Positions 1 through 10,412 of a stretch of DNA of 64,000 nt are shown here, in pieces. The first letter of the stretch is position 1, and each line of letters opens with the position of its first letter. The DNA lies in the NCBI GenBank assembly GCA_018657765.1, contig JABHWM010000020.1:18786-82785 (forward strand). The letters run 5' to 3'. The stretch comes from Minisyncoccota bacterium (lineage in GTDB: Bacteria > Patescibacteriota > Microgenomatia > UBA1400 > PJMF01). The notes beneath the pieces were generated by a model. That model saw only the letters and a list, made by a program, of their open reading frames with translations. It was not told the DNA's origin and searched no databases. The position numbers were made by a program, and so were the translations under genes.

Positions 1-426
1 ACAGATGAAAATAGAGGAAAAATATTAGTAGGGAAAATAGAAATCGGCAAAATATGGATAGATACCCTCAAGGGTACAGGTAAAAAAATGACTTGCATTG
101 AGATAGAAATGAAAGCATTACTACCATTAATCAAAACTCATCCGGCTTACAAAGCTTTACCAAAAACAGCTAGTATAAAAGAACAACTTACTTTTACGTT
201 ACCAGCCAAAACTCAGATTGGACCGGTGCTCCAAACAATCAGAGAAATTGATGGAAACATAAAGCAAGTAACTCTAGATGATGTTTACCAAGCTAACCAT
301 ACTTTTAGTATTGAATATTGGAATGAAAAGAAAAACCTTTCCAATGAACTAATCAAACCATTGAGAGAAAAAATAGTTAAAACTATAGAAAAAGATTACT
401 CAGCAAAATTAGTTGGTAAAATATAA
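1..426 (+). CDS. pheT: Phenylalanine--tRNA ligase beta subunit, C-terminal fragment (5' end outside window)
   Basis: Frame 1 is open from base 1 to the TAA at 424-426, so the Met at 88 is internal. The tail (..LDDVYQANHTFSIEYWNEKKNLSNELIKPLREKIV..) resembles the FDX-ACB domain that ends bacterial PheT. Recognised by eye only. Confidence 0.55.
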   Translation, partial: TDENRGKILVGKIEIGKIWIDTLKGTGKKMTCIEIEMKALLPLIKTHPAYKALPKTASIKEQLTFTLPAKTQIGPVLQTIREIDGNIKQVTLDDVYQANHTFSIEYWNEKKNLSNELIKPLREKIVKTIEKDYSAKLVGKI

Positions 427-447
427 AAAATTAAAAAAGAATTTAAA

Positions 448-1752
448 ATGGTGATTGGCTTATTTTTAAAACAAAAAAATATAGTCTACAACTGGCTAGT
501 AGCTATTATTATTTTCTTGGCACCATTCAATTTATTTTACAAATGGTCAGAAAACTCTGCCTATATAAACGGTATTCTAAGTGACTACCTAATTCCCAAA
601 ATTTGGCTTGTAGAGATACCTATTTTACTTACCTTATTTATATGGGTGATAGATTATCTAAGAAAATTTATTACTGCCTCAAATTCTAAAAAGTCCAAAA
701 CTATTTCAGAAATATTACTAAACATAAAAAATAATAAACTATTTGTAAGTCTATTATTAGCTTTTTTCTTACGACAGTTATTTTCCATAAATTCTTTAAG
801 TAGTTTACTAATTACTTTAAGACTCAGTGAATTATTTTTATTCGGCTTATTTATAAAAAATAATATTAAGTATATTTCTCAAAAAATAATTTATATCGCT
901 ATAACTATAAGTATTTTATTACAGGTATCTCTGGCAAACTACCAATTTTTTTCCCAAAAGAATCTCTTTCCTTACTTTGTATCTGGAGAGACAAATCTAA
1001 CTGGCTCATTAAATATCGCAAAATTGTTCTTTAAAAAAGGAATTTATGTTGCCCCCTATGGCAGTACTGCCCACCCCAATATCCTGGCTGGATACCTAGT
1101 AATTATGATAATTATTTTGACAAGATTAATTCAAAAAAATTCTATTGTTAAAACAACTATTGAAGTTACCAGAAATGAAATAAAAAATAAAAAAATAATA
1201 CAAAAATACTTAGTAGGTTGGCTCGGAATTTCTCTAATTAGTTGGACTTTATTCTTGACTCAATCCTACAGCGCTATTATTAGTTTCATAGTTTTTATAA
1301 CTTTAAAAACATTCCCAAAATTAGTAAAAAAACTTTCATATCTACTATTCTTTATAACAGCGCTAACAATACCTATTATGCTGTTTTTATTATCCCAAAA
1401 AACTTCTTTTATTTCTATTGATAGAAGAGTTTTTCTAAACCAGCAAGCAATTTTATCTTTTACAGAGAATATTCTTTGGGGAACTGGTCTAAATAATTTT
1501 CTATACTCTTTAAAAACAATTAATACTTCAGAAATAGTTCGTTTTCTTCAACCAGCTCACAATATCTTTTTACTTTGGTTAACAGAAACAGGTCTGCTAG
1601 GGATTGCTCTAATAGCTGTTTTACAAAAACAAATAAGGAAACACGTATCACTGCTTACTTTGTTTGTTTTGCTACCAATAGTCAGCTTAGATCATTATTT
1701 TCTTACTCAGTGGATAGGTAATTACATGCTCATACTTATGGTGTATCTGTAG
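448..1752 (+). CDS. O-antigen ligase / Wzy_C-family polytopic membrane protein
   Basis: 434 aa with many hydrophobic helices. The PAHNIFLLWLTETGLLG motif is typical of the O-antigen ligase-like family. Confidence 0.6.
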   Translation: MVIGLFLKQKNIVYNWLVAIIIFLAPFNLFYKWSENSAYINGILSDYLIPKIWLVEIPILLTLFIWVIDYLRKFITASNSKKSKTISEILLNIKNNKLFVSLLLAFFLRQLFSINSLSSLLITLRLSELFLFGLFIKNNIKYISQKIIYIAITISILLQVSLANYQFFSQKNLFPYFVSGETNLTGSLNIAKLFFKKGIYVAPYGSTAHPNILAGYLVIMIIILTRLIQKNSIVKTTIEVTRNEIKNKKIIQKYLVGWLGISLISWTLFLTQSYSAIISFIVFITLKTFPKLVKKLSYLLFFITALTIPIMLFLLSQKTSFISIDRRVFLNQQAILSFTENILWGTGLNNFLYSLKTINTSEIVRFLQPAHNIFLLWLTETGLLGIALIAVLQKQIRKHVSLLTLFVLLPIVSLDHYFLTQWIGNYMLILMVYL

Positions 1753-4459
1753 GAGTTGGAGTTGGAGTTGAACTAGGTTCTGGAGTAGGGGAAGGTGGTA
1801 TATCAGTAGGCTCTGGATCTTTCCAATCAGCCCCACCAGCACCTATCTTGATAGTATTACTCTTAGATTCTTTACCATCTCTAGAAAAAGCTTTGGCATA
1901 AATTTCATGCTTGCCTGTTGAGAAATTAATGTTTCCTTTATAGCTTCTATCATTAATAGTCTCTTTCTTTTCACCATCAACAAAAATCTCTATTTTATCT
2001 ATCCCAGCATCACTACCAGCCTCTATATTCACTTCAATATCATTCTCTCCATAGCTTTTTTCATTCTCTGGTTTTGAGACATGAACATAAACTTCACTAG
2101 CATCTCCACAATACTCTGTTGGTATCTTAAAACGAGAATCATCCTGTCCATTAATCCAGCTCTGGATTGATTCTTGCCATCTATTCTGACCATCCTGACT
2201 GAAAGGATCACTTTCTTTCAAGATAATAAACTCTCTATCAGAATAATCATTAGCGCTTATCTTAGCTTCTGTAGCCAATTTACCTTCATCACCCTTACAC
2301 ATCTTCAATTTTGAATGAATAGGATCTGGTAAAGAGGGGACCGTTCCCTTCAAAAAGTAATCTGATCTACTAGGAAAATCATCATGTTTGGGATATCCAG
2401 AAAGACTATCTACTTCTATCTGTTCAACATCTTCAGGTATCTCCCAAGCTGGAGCGCCATAACCATCATCAAGAGCTGCAAAAATAATTCTGCGCCAGAT
2501 AGGGGAGGCACCAGTAATACCAGAAGCCACCTTGGTCATAGGACTATTATCATTATTTCCTACCCAAGTCCCGACCATTATTTCTTGACTCCAACCAATA
2601 GTCCAGTTATCTCGTTGATCGTTTGTAGTACCAGTTTTTACAGCGATTGGTCTACCTGTATTCAAAAGAGAATTAGCTCCAAAAGCCAGTAACCTAGCAT
2701 TATTATCTGACAAGATATCATTAATCAAGAATGATTCTCCAGTAGTCATCACTCGTTGTCCTTCAACAGCTTTATGTTCAAATAGAACTCTACCATCTCT
2801 GTCTTCTACTTTCAAAATAGCAACTGGATTAACCCTAAGACCTGTATTTGCAAAAGAACTATATGCCGTCACAGTATCCAAAAGATGAACTTCTGCACCA
2901 CCCAAAGTTACAGCTAGACCAAATCTTTTCATGTTGTCATCAGTTGGTTCCAAAGTTACAAAACCCATGTCATAAGCTATCTGTAAAAAATCTTTTACTC
3001 CTACAATAGCGACTCCTTTAACAGCCGGAATATTCAAGGAACTACCAAGACTATTTCTCAAACTAACCGGACCACGAAACTCACCATCATAGTTTTTGGG
3101 TTTGTATTCATCAGCAGATTCATTTGGTCTAAATACCGTTTCTACATCAGAGATCATTGATGCTGGACCATAACCTCTCCTGAAAAGTCCTAGATAGGTA
3201 ACAGGCTTAATAGATGAACCTGGCTGCCTCAATCCATCTGCAGCCACATTGAATTGTCCATCAATATCTTTATCAAAAAAATCTTTACTACCTACCATAC
3301 TAAGAATCTCACCAGTCTGTGGATTCATTACAACTGCAGAACCATTAGTAATATTAAAACTTTCCACACCCTCTACTTCTTCGGTAACGATTGCTTGAGC
3401 TTCTTCATGTAGACCTAGATCAAGTGAAGTAGTAACTTTAAGACCACCTTTTTCTACTAGATCCTCACCAAACATTTCTTCTAATAAGTCACGAACATAA
3501 AACACAAAATGAGGAGCTTTGATATCTGTATCTGTAGAGTTGAATTCTAGGGAATCAAGAGAAGCTATTGCTTCTTCCATTTGGAGTTTTGTAATATTAC
3601 TATTTTTCTCCATTGCACGTAAAACACTCTCTGTTCGAATCCTCCAATATGGAGTTCCTTCATCATTTTTCTTACCTGCAAAAGGAGAATAGACACTAGG
3701 CCTTTGTGGCAATCCAGCCAAAAAAGCTGATTCCACCAAAGATAAATCTACTGTTTGTTTACTGAAATATAATTCTGCAGCTGTACCAACGCCCCAGGCA
3801 GTACCACCATAAGGAGCTTCATTGAGATACATTTCCAAAATTTGATCTTTTGTAAAAGTTCTTTCTATTTGAACAGATAGAACCAACTCCTTGAATTTAC
3901 GAGAGATAGTTCTCTCGTTTGTTAAAAGAGCATTTTTTACTAGTTGTTGTGTCAAAGTAGAACCACCGACAACTCTTCTTTTAAAAACCATGTTGTAAGG
4001 AATACGAACAACAGTGAGAAAATCAAATCCGCTGTGCTTATAAAAATCTTTATCTTCAATAGCAACGGTAGCTTGTTTTAAATACTCTGGAACTTGCTCT
4101 AAAGTAATAGGATTTCTTCGTTCTGTGTCATAAAGATCATAAAGAAGTAAGCCCTCACGATCAAAAAGCTTGGTACTAAAACCTTCTCTACGAATGACTT
4201 CACCAGGTTTAGGAAGATCTTTGGAGTACCAAGCAAACATTGCCAAAAAGCCAACTATACCCACTACAACTCCAATCATAGAAAAGATAGCAATTAGTCT
4301 CATTTTTTTGGCCTTCAAAAGATCTTGTTGAACTTTAGAAAGTCGTGATTTTTTCATTTTACCTCTGGACATACGGATAATATGAACACGAAGTTTTCTA
4401 GTAAGCTTTTTATAATAAGCTCTACCTTTATCTGCTATAGCTGTAAAATTTATCTCCAT
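1736..4459 (-). CDS. Class A penicillin-binding protein (PBP1A-type transglycosylase/transpeptidase) with C-terminal Ig-like module and Pro/Thr tail
   Basis: N-terminal TM anchor. GT51 motifs EDKDFYKHSGFD, GGSTLTQQLVKN and RKFKE. Transpeptidase motifs SSIK (SxxK) and KTGTT. Ends in PSPTPEPSSTPTPTPTDTP. Confidence 0.9.
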   Translation of the reverse strand: MEINFTAIADKGRAYYKKLTRKLRVHIIRMSRGKMKKSRLSKVQQDLLKAKKMRLIAIFSMIGVVVGIVGFLAMFAWYSKDLPKPGEVIRREGFSTKLFDREGLLLYDLYDTERRNPITLEQVPEYLKQATVAIEDKDFYKHSGFDFLTVVRIPYNMVFKRRVVGGSTLTQQLVKNALLTNERTISRKFKELVLSVQIERTFTKDQILEMYLNEAPYGGTAWGVGTAAELYFSKQTVDLSLVESAFLAGLPQRPSVYSPFAGKKNDEGTPYWRIRTESVLRAMEKNSNITKLQMEEAIASLDSLEFNSTDTDIKAPHFVFYVRDLLEEMFGEDLVEKGGLKVTTSLDLGLHEEAQAIVTEEVEGVESFNITNGSAVVMNPQTGEILSMVGSKDFFDKDIDGQFNVAADGLRQPGSSIKPVTYLGLFRRGYGPASMISDVETVFRPNESADEYKPKNYDGEFRGPVSLRNSLGSSLNIPAVKGVAIVGVKDFLQIAYDMGFVTLEPTDDNMKRFGLAVTLGGAEVHLLDTVTAYSSFANTGLRVNPVAILKVEDRDGRVLFEHKAVEGQRVMTTGESFLINDILSDNNARLLAFGANSLLNTGRPIAVKTGTTNDQRDNWTIGWSQEIMVGTWVGNNDNSPMTKVASGITGASPIWRRIIFAALDDGYGAPAWEIPEDVEQIEVDSLSGYPKHDDFPSRSDYFLKGTVPSLPDPIHSKLKMCKGDEGKLATEAKISANDYSDREFIILKESDPFSQDGQNRWQESIQSWINGQDDSRFKIPTEYCGDASEVYVHVSKPENEKSYGENDIEVNIEAGSDAGIDKIEIFVDGEKKETINDRSYKGNINFSTGKHEIYAKAFSRDGKESKSNTIKIGAGGADWKDPEPTDIPPSPTPEPSSTPTPTPTDTP

Positions 4460-4564
4460 AGGCTTCTATTGTAACAGAAAAACCTCCTGACGAAATCAAA
4501 GAGGTTAGTATAAAATAAGAAGCGTAACAATCGCTGTAATTAAATAAAAGAGAACAATAATAAT

Positions 4565-5758
4565 ATGAAAAAAACAACATTCCCTACAGAAGAAGTACTC
4601 TCCCGTGGAGTAGCAGAAATTCTACCAAATAAAAAAACTTTTGAAGAAAAAATAAATAAAGGGAAAATTCGTCTCTACCTTGGAATAGACCCAACAGGTA
4701 GTTCTCTTACACTAGGACATGCTGTAGTTTTACGAAAAATCCAGCAGTTTGCAGATCTTGGTCATGAAGTAATTATGCTTATTGGTAACGGTACAGTAAA
4801 GATTGGTGATCCTACTGGTAAAGATAGTACTAGACCAGAACTAACCGATGAACAAATCAATGAAAACTTTAAAAACTGGAAAGCACAAGCCAGCAAGGTT
4901 CTAAATTTTGACAAAATAACGATCAGACACAATGGTGACTGGCTAGACAAAATGACCATGCCAGATGTTATTAAACTAATGGCCAAAGTCACTGTTCAAC
5001 AACTTCTAGAACGAGATATGTTCCAGGAACGTCTCAAAAATGGTCTACCTATTCATGGACATGAAATTATGTACCCAATGCTCCAAGGATATGATTCTGT
5101 TGTTATGGATGTGGATCTCGAGATAGGTGGTTCGGATCAAATGTTCAACATGATGGTTGGTAGAACTTTACAAAAAGTTTACAACAATAAAGAAAAATGG
5201 GTCCTTACTACACCGATTATTAATGGCCTAGATGGTCGTAAAATGAGTAAGTCATACGGCAACTACATTGCTATAACTGAAGATCCAATCAATATGTACG
5301 GTAAGCTTATGAGAATTGCTGATGAAATGATTATCGAATACTTCACTTTATTAACTGATATTCATCAAGAAGAATTAGATGAAATCCAAGCAGACATTTC
5401 TGCTAACGGTAATCCAATGCTCTGGAAAAAGAAACTAGCCTGGGAAATAACTAATATCTATCACTCAGAAGATGAAGCAAATAAAGCTCAAACTCATTTT
5501 GAAGATACTATTCAAAACAAAACAGTCTCTGAAGCTAGTGAAAAAATACAAAAAAATGAGCTTGAGAATAAAACCGTTTTAGAAATAGTCTCTATGTTAA
5601 CTAAAGAAAGTAACAGTCAATCTAGAAGACTTATAGAACAAGGAGCTTTTACTTTACTTCCAAAAGAAGAGAAGATCACTGATCCTCAAGCTGTGGTAGA
5701 TTTATCTACGGTAACTGGGCTTAAGATAGGTAAAAGACGTTTCTATACATTAGTTTAG
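4565..5758 (+). CDS. tyrS: Tyrosine--tRNA ligase
   Basis: Class I HIGH-type motif (GIDPTGSSLTLGH), verbatim KMSKS, and a C-terminal S4-like domain (RRLIEQGAF). Confidence 0.9.
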   Translation: MKKTTFPTEEVLSRGVAEILPNKKTFEEKINKGKIRLYLGIDPTGSSLTLGHAVVLRKIQQFADLGHEVIMLIGNGTVKIGDPTGKDSTRPELTDEQINENFKNWKAQASKVLNFDKITIRHNGDWLDKMTMPDVIKLMAKVTVQQLLERDMFQERLKNGLPIHGHEIMYPMLQGYDSVVMDVDLEIGGSDQMFNMMVGRTLQKVYNNKEKWVLTTPIINGLDGRKMSKSYGNYIAITEDPINMYGKLMRIADEMIIEYFTLLTDIHQEELDEIQADISANGNPMLWKKKLAWEITNIYHSEDEANKAQTHFEDTIQNKTVSEASEKIQKNELENKTVLEIVSMLTKESNSQSRRLIEQGAFTLLPKEEKITDPQAVVDLSTVTGLKIGKRRFYTLV

Positions 5759-5793
5759 AAAAACTAGATTTAAAAACTATAAATAAGGATAAA

Positions 5794-5895
5794 ATGTCTC
5801 GCAAAAAAAGAGAGAAAATGATTAAAACATTTGCGATAGTAGCTATTATCGGCATGATTGTCAGTAGTATTGCTAGCTTATTCTTTTATCTGTAA
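5794..5895 (+). CDS. Small (33 aa) single-pass membrane peptide, hypothetical
   Basis: Not in the ORF track (too short). ATG preceded by AAGGAT. Sequence MSRKKREKMIKTFAIVAIIGMIVSSIASLFFYL has a basic N-terminus plus one TM helix. Confidence 0.3.
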   Translation: MSRKKREKMIKTFAIVAIIGMIVSSIASLFFYL

Positions 5896-5926
5896 AGATT
5901 ACTAATTTTTGTTACACTAGCAACTA

Positions 5927-7960
5927 ATGTACCGTTTCGATGAATCCATCAATGTAGTCAAAGGTGTTGGCCCAACTTTGGCTAAAGATCTGAATAAAAA
6001 AGATATCTTTACTATCTTGGATTTATTATTACGCCTGCCATTTCGTTATGAAGATAGATCTCAAATGGTCACTATTGATCAGCTGGAAATAGGGGAGTTG
6101 GCTACTTTTAGAGCTCATGTAATTAGTATATCTACCTCATATCGTGGCAGAAGAGTGATGGCTAGAGCTACTCTTCAGGACACAACTGGGAAAGTCACTG
6201 CTTTTTGGTTCAATAACCGCTACATAGGATCCCAGCTAAAAAAGGGTAGTGAGTGGTATTTTTCTGGAAAACTAAACGAAAAAAGAACTATTACCCAAGC
6301 AACTGTAGAAAAAATATCAAATGAAACTATTCATACTGGCAGGCTGGTCCCTTTATATTCTGTAATTGGTGAACATATGAAGATAGGCACCTTCCGTAGA
6401 ATAGTCAAAGAAATTACCGATAGGCTAGATGATCCTACTCAAAGTTTAGATACTCTTTTAAATGAAAATAAAGAAAATCTACCAGAAAAAACTTTATCTT
6501 TATCCAAATCGCTTAGAACTCTTCATTTCCCAGAAAATACAGAAGATGTCCCAGCTGCTAGAGAAAGATTAGCTCTAGAAGAATTACTCAGTCTGATTCA
6601 ACACTCTCATAAAATAAAAGCAGAGTGGAAAGATAAACACAGTTCATTTCCTATAAAACTTCCAGATGAAAATACAAAAGATTTCGAGAGTTGGTTGCCA
6701 GACAAACTTCCGTTTTCACTAACTCAGGCTCAAGATAGATCTACTCATGAATTACTAGAAGATCTGCAAAATGATATTCCAATGAATAGATTATTAATCG
6801 GTGATGTTGGTTCTGGAAAAACAGTGGTTGTCGGTATTGGGTGTTTTGCAGCAGTAGAACTTAATAAAAAAAATGCTGTGATTGTGGCTCCTACACAAAT
6901 CCTAGCTCAACAACATATTAAATCACTAGAAAAACTATTCCCATCACTTTCTATCCAACTTCTCACAACAAAAGAAACAAAAAAATTCACAGTAAATAAA
7001 AAACCAACTCTTTATGTTGGAACACATGCTGTATTAAATAAACTAGAAGAAATCGATCCTGTTTTTATTGCTTACGATGAACAACACAGGTTTGGTGTAA
7101 AACAAAGATCTGTCCCACTCATGAGTCACGGTACACCTCACATCATGACTCTTTCTGCTACACCTATCCCTCGTAGTTTGATGCTCACTCTTTTTTCCCA
7201 TCTAAGTCTGAGTGTAATTGATAAAATGCCACCAGGTAGAATTCCTACTAAATCATGGCTCATTAAAGACAGTAAAAAACAAGACTCTCTTGCTTGGATT
7301 ACCAAGACTTTACAAGAAACAAAAGGTCAAGCACTTATCGTCTGTCCTTTTATCGAGCCATCTTCTCAAGAAACATTATCTGCTGTAGCTGCCGCAAAAG
7401 ACTTATTCAAATCCACAAAAAAATACTATGCAAAAAATGCTCCAGAATTTAAAGTAGGGTTGTTACATGGGAAACTTCCCGCTAAAGAAAAGCAGCAAGT
7501 AATCAAAGAAATATTCGATCACTCGATAGATATTCTAGTCACAACTCCAGTTGTTGAAGTAGGAGTAGACCTACCAAAAGCCAATATCATTGTCATCGAA
7601 GCTGCCGAAAGATTTGGTCTAGCTAGTTTGCATCAGCTAAGAGGAAGAGTAGGACGTGCTGGGCAAGAAAGTTTCTGCTTATTATTTAGTAACTCATCTG
7701 CTCCAGAGACAAAAAATAGACTTAAGATATTCACACAAGAAACAAATGGGTTGAAGCTAGCAGAAAAAGATCTCAGTAATAGAGGAGCAGGTGACCTTTT
7801 TGGATTTCAACAACATGGTTTTGATTCTTTACGTTTTGCCTCTTGGACAAATATAGAATTAATAAAATCTGCTCATACTTTTTTTCAACAATTAAAAGAT
7901 ACAACCTGGAAACCTCTTTTTGTCTTTTCTAGAAAAGAGCAGACACCTACAAATAATTGA
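5927..7960 (+). CDS. recG: ATP-dependent DNA helicase RecG
   Basis: Walker A GDVGSGKT, DEQH box (YDEQHRFG) and QLRGRVGRAG helicase motif VI, with an N-terminal OB/wedge region. Ends with a TGA stop. Confidence 0.9.
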   Translation: MYRFDESINVVKGVGPTLAKDLNKKDIFTILDLLLRLPFRYEDRSQMVTIDQLEIGELATFRAHVISISTSYRGRRVMARATLQDTTGKVTAFWFNNRYIGSQLKKGSEWYFSGKLNEKRTITQATVEKISNETIHTGRLVPLYSVIGEHMKIGTFRRIVKEITDRLDDPTQSLDTLLNENKENLPEKTLSLSKSLRTLHFPENTEDVPAARERLALEELLSLIQHSHKIKAEWKDKHSSFPIKLPDENTKDFESWLPDKLPFSLTQAQDRSTHELLEDLQNDIPMNRLLIGDVGSGKTVVVGIGCFAAVELNKKNAVIVAPTQILAQQHIKSLEKLFPSLSIQLLTTKETKKFTVNKKPTLYVGTHAVLNKLEEIDPVFIAYDEQHRFGVKQRSVPLMSHGTPHIMTLSATPIPRSLMLTLFSHLSLSVIDKMPPGRIPTKSWLIKDSKKQDSLAWITKTLQETKGQALIVCPFIEPSSQETLSAVAAAKDLFKSTKKYYAKNAPEFKVGLLHGKLPAKEKQQVIKEIFDHSIDILVTTPVVEVGVDLPKANIIVIEAAERFGLASLHQLRGRVGRAGQESFCLLFSNSSAPETKNRLKIFTQETNGLKLAEKDLSNRGAGDLFGFQQHGFDSLRFASWTNIELIKSAHTFFQQLKDTTWKPLFVFSRKEQTPTNN

Positions 7961-8009
7961 GTTTTTCAGTCTTGTTTCTTGAGAAAATTATCCGTATCAT
8001 GGTATTAAT

Positions 8010-8810
8010 ATGAAAAGATTTCTGAGGTTTTATAATCATAGTAATTCTGGTCAGGTAGGCCTAATTATTTTACTCATCATGGTGGTGATTCTTTCGTTAG
8101 GACTATCTCTAGCTACTAGAACATCACAACAAGCAGAAATAGCTATCCAACAAGAAGATACAACCCGTGTGTTTAACGCTGCTGAATCTGGAGTAGAAGC
8201 AGCCTTAGCAAATATTTACCAACATGAAGAAGCTGGTGATGTTGATGGTATTTCTGAAGATATTTCATCTTTAGATTTATTAGAAAGTAACTCTGATATC
8301 AACTACAACATTACTAAAAGTAATATCCTAGAAACTCACCTAAAGCAAGGAACTAGCACAGAACTGCAAGTGCCTGCAGCAGGTAGTATTAGTTTCTACT
8401 GGGCAACAGAACTCAGTTGTGAAGATACCGCTTCTATTCTACTTTCAATCTATGCAGATGATGGCTCTGATGTAACTGCTAGACATTATGCTGTTGGAGA
8501 TTGTACCGGAGCTAGTACCAGAGGAGATAACTTTATAGCCAACTCAGCAGGACCTGCCCCATATCAATATGCATACACTCTTTTTACATCTGCAAATGAT
8601 GTTTTTGTTAGAGTGAAACCTGTCTACAGTGATACCGATATAAAAATAGTTGGTTCACCTGCTGTCAGTCAATTTACCATTAACTCTCAGGCTCAAAACT
8701 CTTTGGCCGGAGAAGAAACTAGAACATTCGAAGTAAAAAGAACTCTTTCTACTGCACCGGCATTCATGGAGTATGCCGTGGTTAGTGGAAGCTCTATTAT
8801 TAAAAACTAG
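8010..8810 (+). CDS. PilX-N-like pilus assembly/minor pilin-like protein (hypothetical)
   Basis: N-terminal hydrophobic anchor (GQVGLIILLIMVVILSLGLSLA) followed by a helical QQAEIAIQQ segment, as in PilX_N proteins. Sits directly upstream of pilMNO. Confidence 0.45.
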   Translation: MKRFLRFYNHSNSGQVGLIILLIMVVILSLGLSLATRTSQQAEIAIQQEDTTRVFNAAESGVEAALANIYQHEEAGDVDGISEDISSLDLLESNSDINYNITKSNILETHLKQGTSTELQVPAAGSISFYWATELSCEDTASILLSIYADDGSDVTARHYAVGDCTGASTRGDNFIANSAGPAPYQYAYTLFTSANDVFVRVKPVYSDTDIKIVGSPAVSQFTINSQAQNSLAGEETRTFEVKRTLSTAPAFMEYAVVSGSSIIKN

Positions 8811-8818
8811 AAAATAAA

Positions 8819-9826
8819 ATGCCTGCCACAGCTATAGATATCGGCACTTACGCCGTCAAAGTCATCACTGCTGATCCTGGAAAACAACCTAATATTCATA
8901 GAGTTGTTGAGGTAATAAACCCATTTGGGACATCTCTTCCTACTGATGATTTACAAATAGAACAAATAGGAGAGCTTGTAAATAATCTTATTTTTGATAA
9001 TAAGATACCTCATAACGATGTTAGATTGAGCTTACCAGAGTCAATGGTTTCCTCAAAAATAATTTCTATTCCACCTCTTACTGATGCAGAGTTAGCTTCT
9101 GCCATAGGCTGGCAAGCAGAGCAACATATTCCTATTCAAAAAGAAGATCTTTCCTTGCAATATAGAATCTTGTTCAGACCAGAAAAAGGAGATACTCAAA
9201 CCCCTATGAGAGTCCTTCTCATCGGAACTAGAAAATCTATTGTAGAAAAATATGTAAACATGTTTATCTCGATGGGAATAGAACCAACTATTCTAGAAAC
9301 TCATGTTCTCTCCATCCTAAGATCTCTAGATATAACTCCAGAAGAACCACCTACAATGGTTCTTAACATGGGAGCAACTAATATGGATGTTGCTGTTGTT
9401 TTCAAAGGAGAAATTCAATTTGTTTTCACTCACACAGGAGTTGGTGCCTTACTTACAAAAACACTCCAACAAATTCTTGGTCTTGACCTTCAGCAAGCAG
9501 AGCAATATAAACGCTCTTATGGACTAGATCCCAATCAATTTGAAGGAAGAGTAAGAAATGCTCTACTACCAACTGTTAATACACTAGTCAGTGAAATCCA
9601 AAAAGCACAAAGATACTTTGTCAGTCAGTTTCCTCAACATAAACTATCTAGGATAGTAGTAACTGGTGGATCATCCCAACTACCAGGATTGGTAGAACAC
9701 ATATCAGAAACTCTAGGTATCGAGATACTTTTTGCAGCCCCTTTTGCGACAGCTACTGGTGAAGTTCCAACAGAAAATCAACAAACACTATCTGTTTGTT
9801 TAGGATTATTGATGAGGGAAGTCTAA
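8819..9826 (+). CDS. pilM: Type IV pilus assembly protein PilM (actin-like ATPase fold)
   Basis: IDIGTYAVKVI phosphate-1 motif and VVTGGSSQLPGL adenosine motif. Followed by pilN- and pilO-like genes. Confidence 0.8.
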   Translation: MPATAIDIGTYAVKVITADPGKQPNIHRVVEVINPFGTSLPTDDLQIEQIGELVNNLIFDNKIPHNDVRLSLPESMVSSKIISIPPLTDAELASAIGWQAEQHIPIQKEDLSLQYRILFRPEKGDTQTPMRVLLIGTRKSIVEKYVNMFISMGIEPTILETHVLSILRSLDITPEEPPTMVLNMGATNMDVAVVFKGEIQFVFTHTGVGALLTKTLQQILGLDLQQAEQYKRSYGLDPNQFEGRVRNALLPTVNTLVSEIQKAQRYFVSQFPQHKLSRIVVTGGSSQLPGLVEHISETLGIEILFAAPFATATGEVPTENQQTLSVCLGLLMREV

Positions 9827-9830
9827 AGAT

Positions 9831-10412
9831 ATGCTAGAGATTAATTTTCTCAGCCAGCGAAGACTCACTTTGACAAAAGTTGAAGAAAAAGATGTTGTCT
9901 ACCAAAAATATAGTTCTTGGGTATTTGGAGGAGTCTTACTACTTTTTTCTATCGCTGCAGGATTTAATATTTTTTTCACCCAACAACTCAAAAAAATTAA
10001 TACCAGTGAAGAACTCTTTACAAAACAAATAGCTGGTGAAGAATCAACTGAACTTACATACCTTGTCTTTGCCCATAAATTAAAAACTGTCAAAAAACTT
10101 TATCAAAATAGAAGTAATAAACAACAAGCTATTGATTATTTTTCAAACCTTTTTGGTAACCAGGTATTTTTATCTGGAATGAACTATGGGGGAGACACTA
10201 ATGAACTCTCTCTAAGATTAACTAGTGAAAATGTCTTTGCTTTAGAAAAAATTCTAAATACATTGGATTCAGAAAATGTAAAAAACTCTTTTTCATCCGT
10301 CACTAAAAGTGGCCTGAGAAGAGATAATAATGGAAGCTACAACCTTGATATTGCTATAGAATTACTAAAACAAGGAGAAATTAAAGAAGAGGAGAGTGAT
10401 GGCAACACTTAA
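9831..10412 (+). CDS. pilN: Type IV pilus assembly protein PilN
   Basis: N-terminal INFLSQRR (INLLP-type motif) followed by a single TM helix. Positioned after pilM. Confidence 0.65.
   Translation: MLEINFLSQRRLTLTKVEEKDVVYQKYSSWVFGGVLLLFSIAAGFNIFFTQQLKKINTSEELFTKQIAGEESTELTYLVFAHKLKTVKKLYQNRSNKQQAIDYFSNLFGNQVFLSGMNYGGDTNELSLRLTSENVFALEKILNTLDSENVKNSFSSVTKSGLRRDNNGSYNLDIAIELLKQGEIKEEESDGNT

Noticed and set aside
2029-2692. ORFs 2029-2211 (-) and 2384-2692 (+) inside or antisense to the PBP1A gene
   Set aside because: They are fully embedded in a 907-aa gene with unambiguous PBP motifs. Their translations are low-complexity with no motifs, as expected for frame-shadow ORFs.
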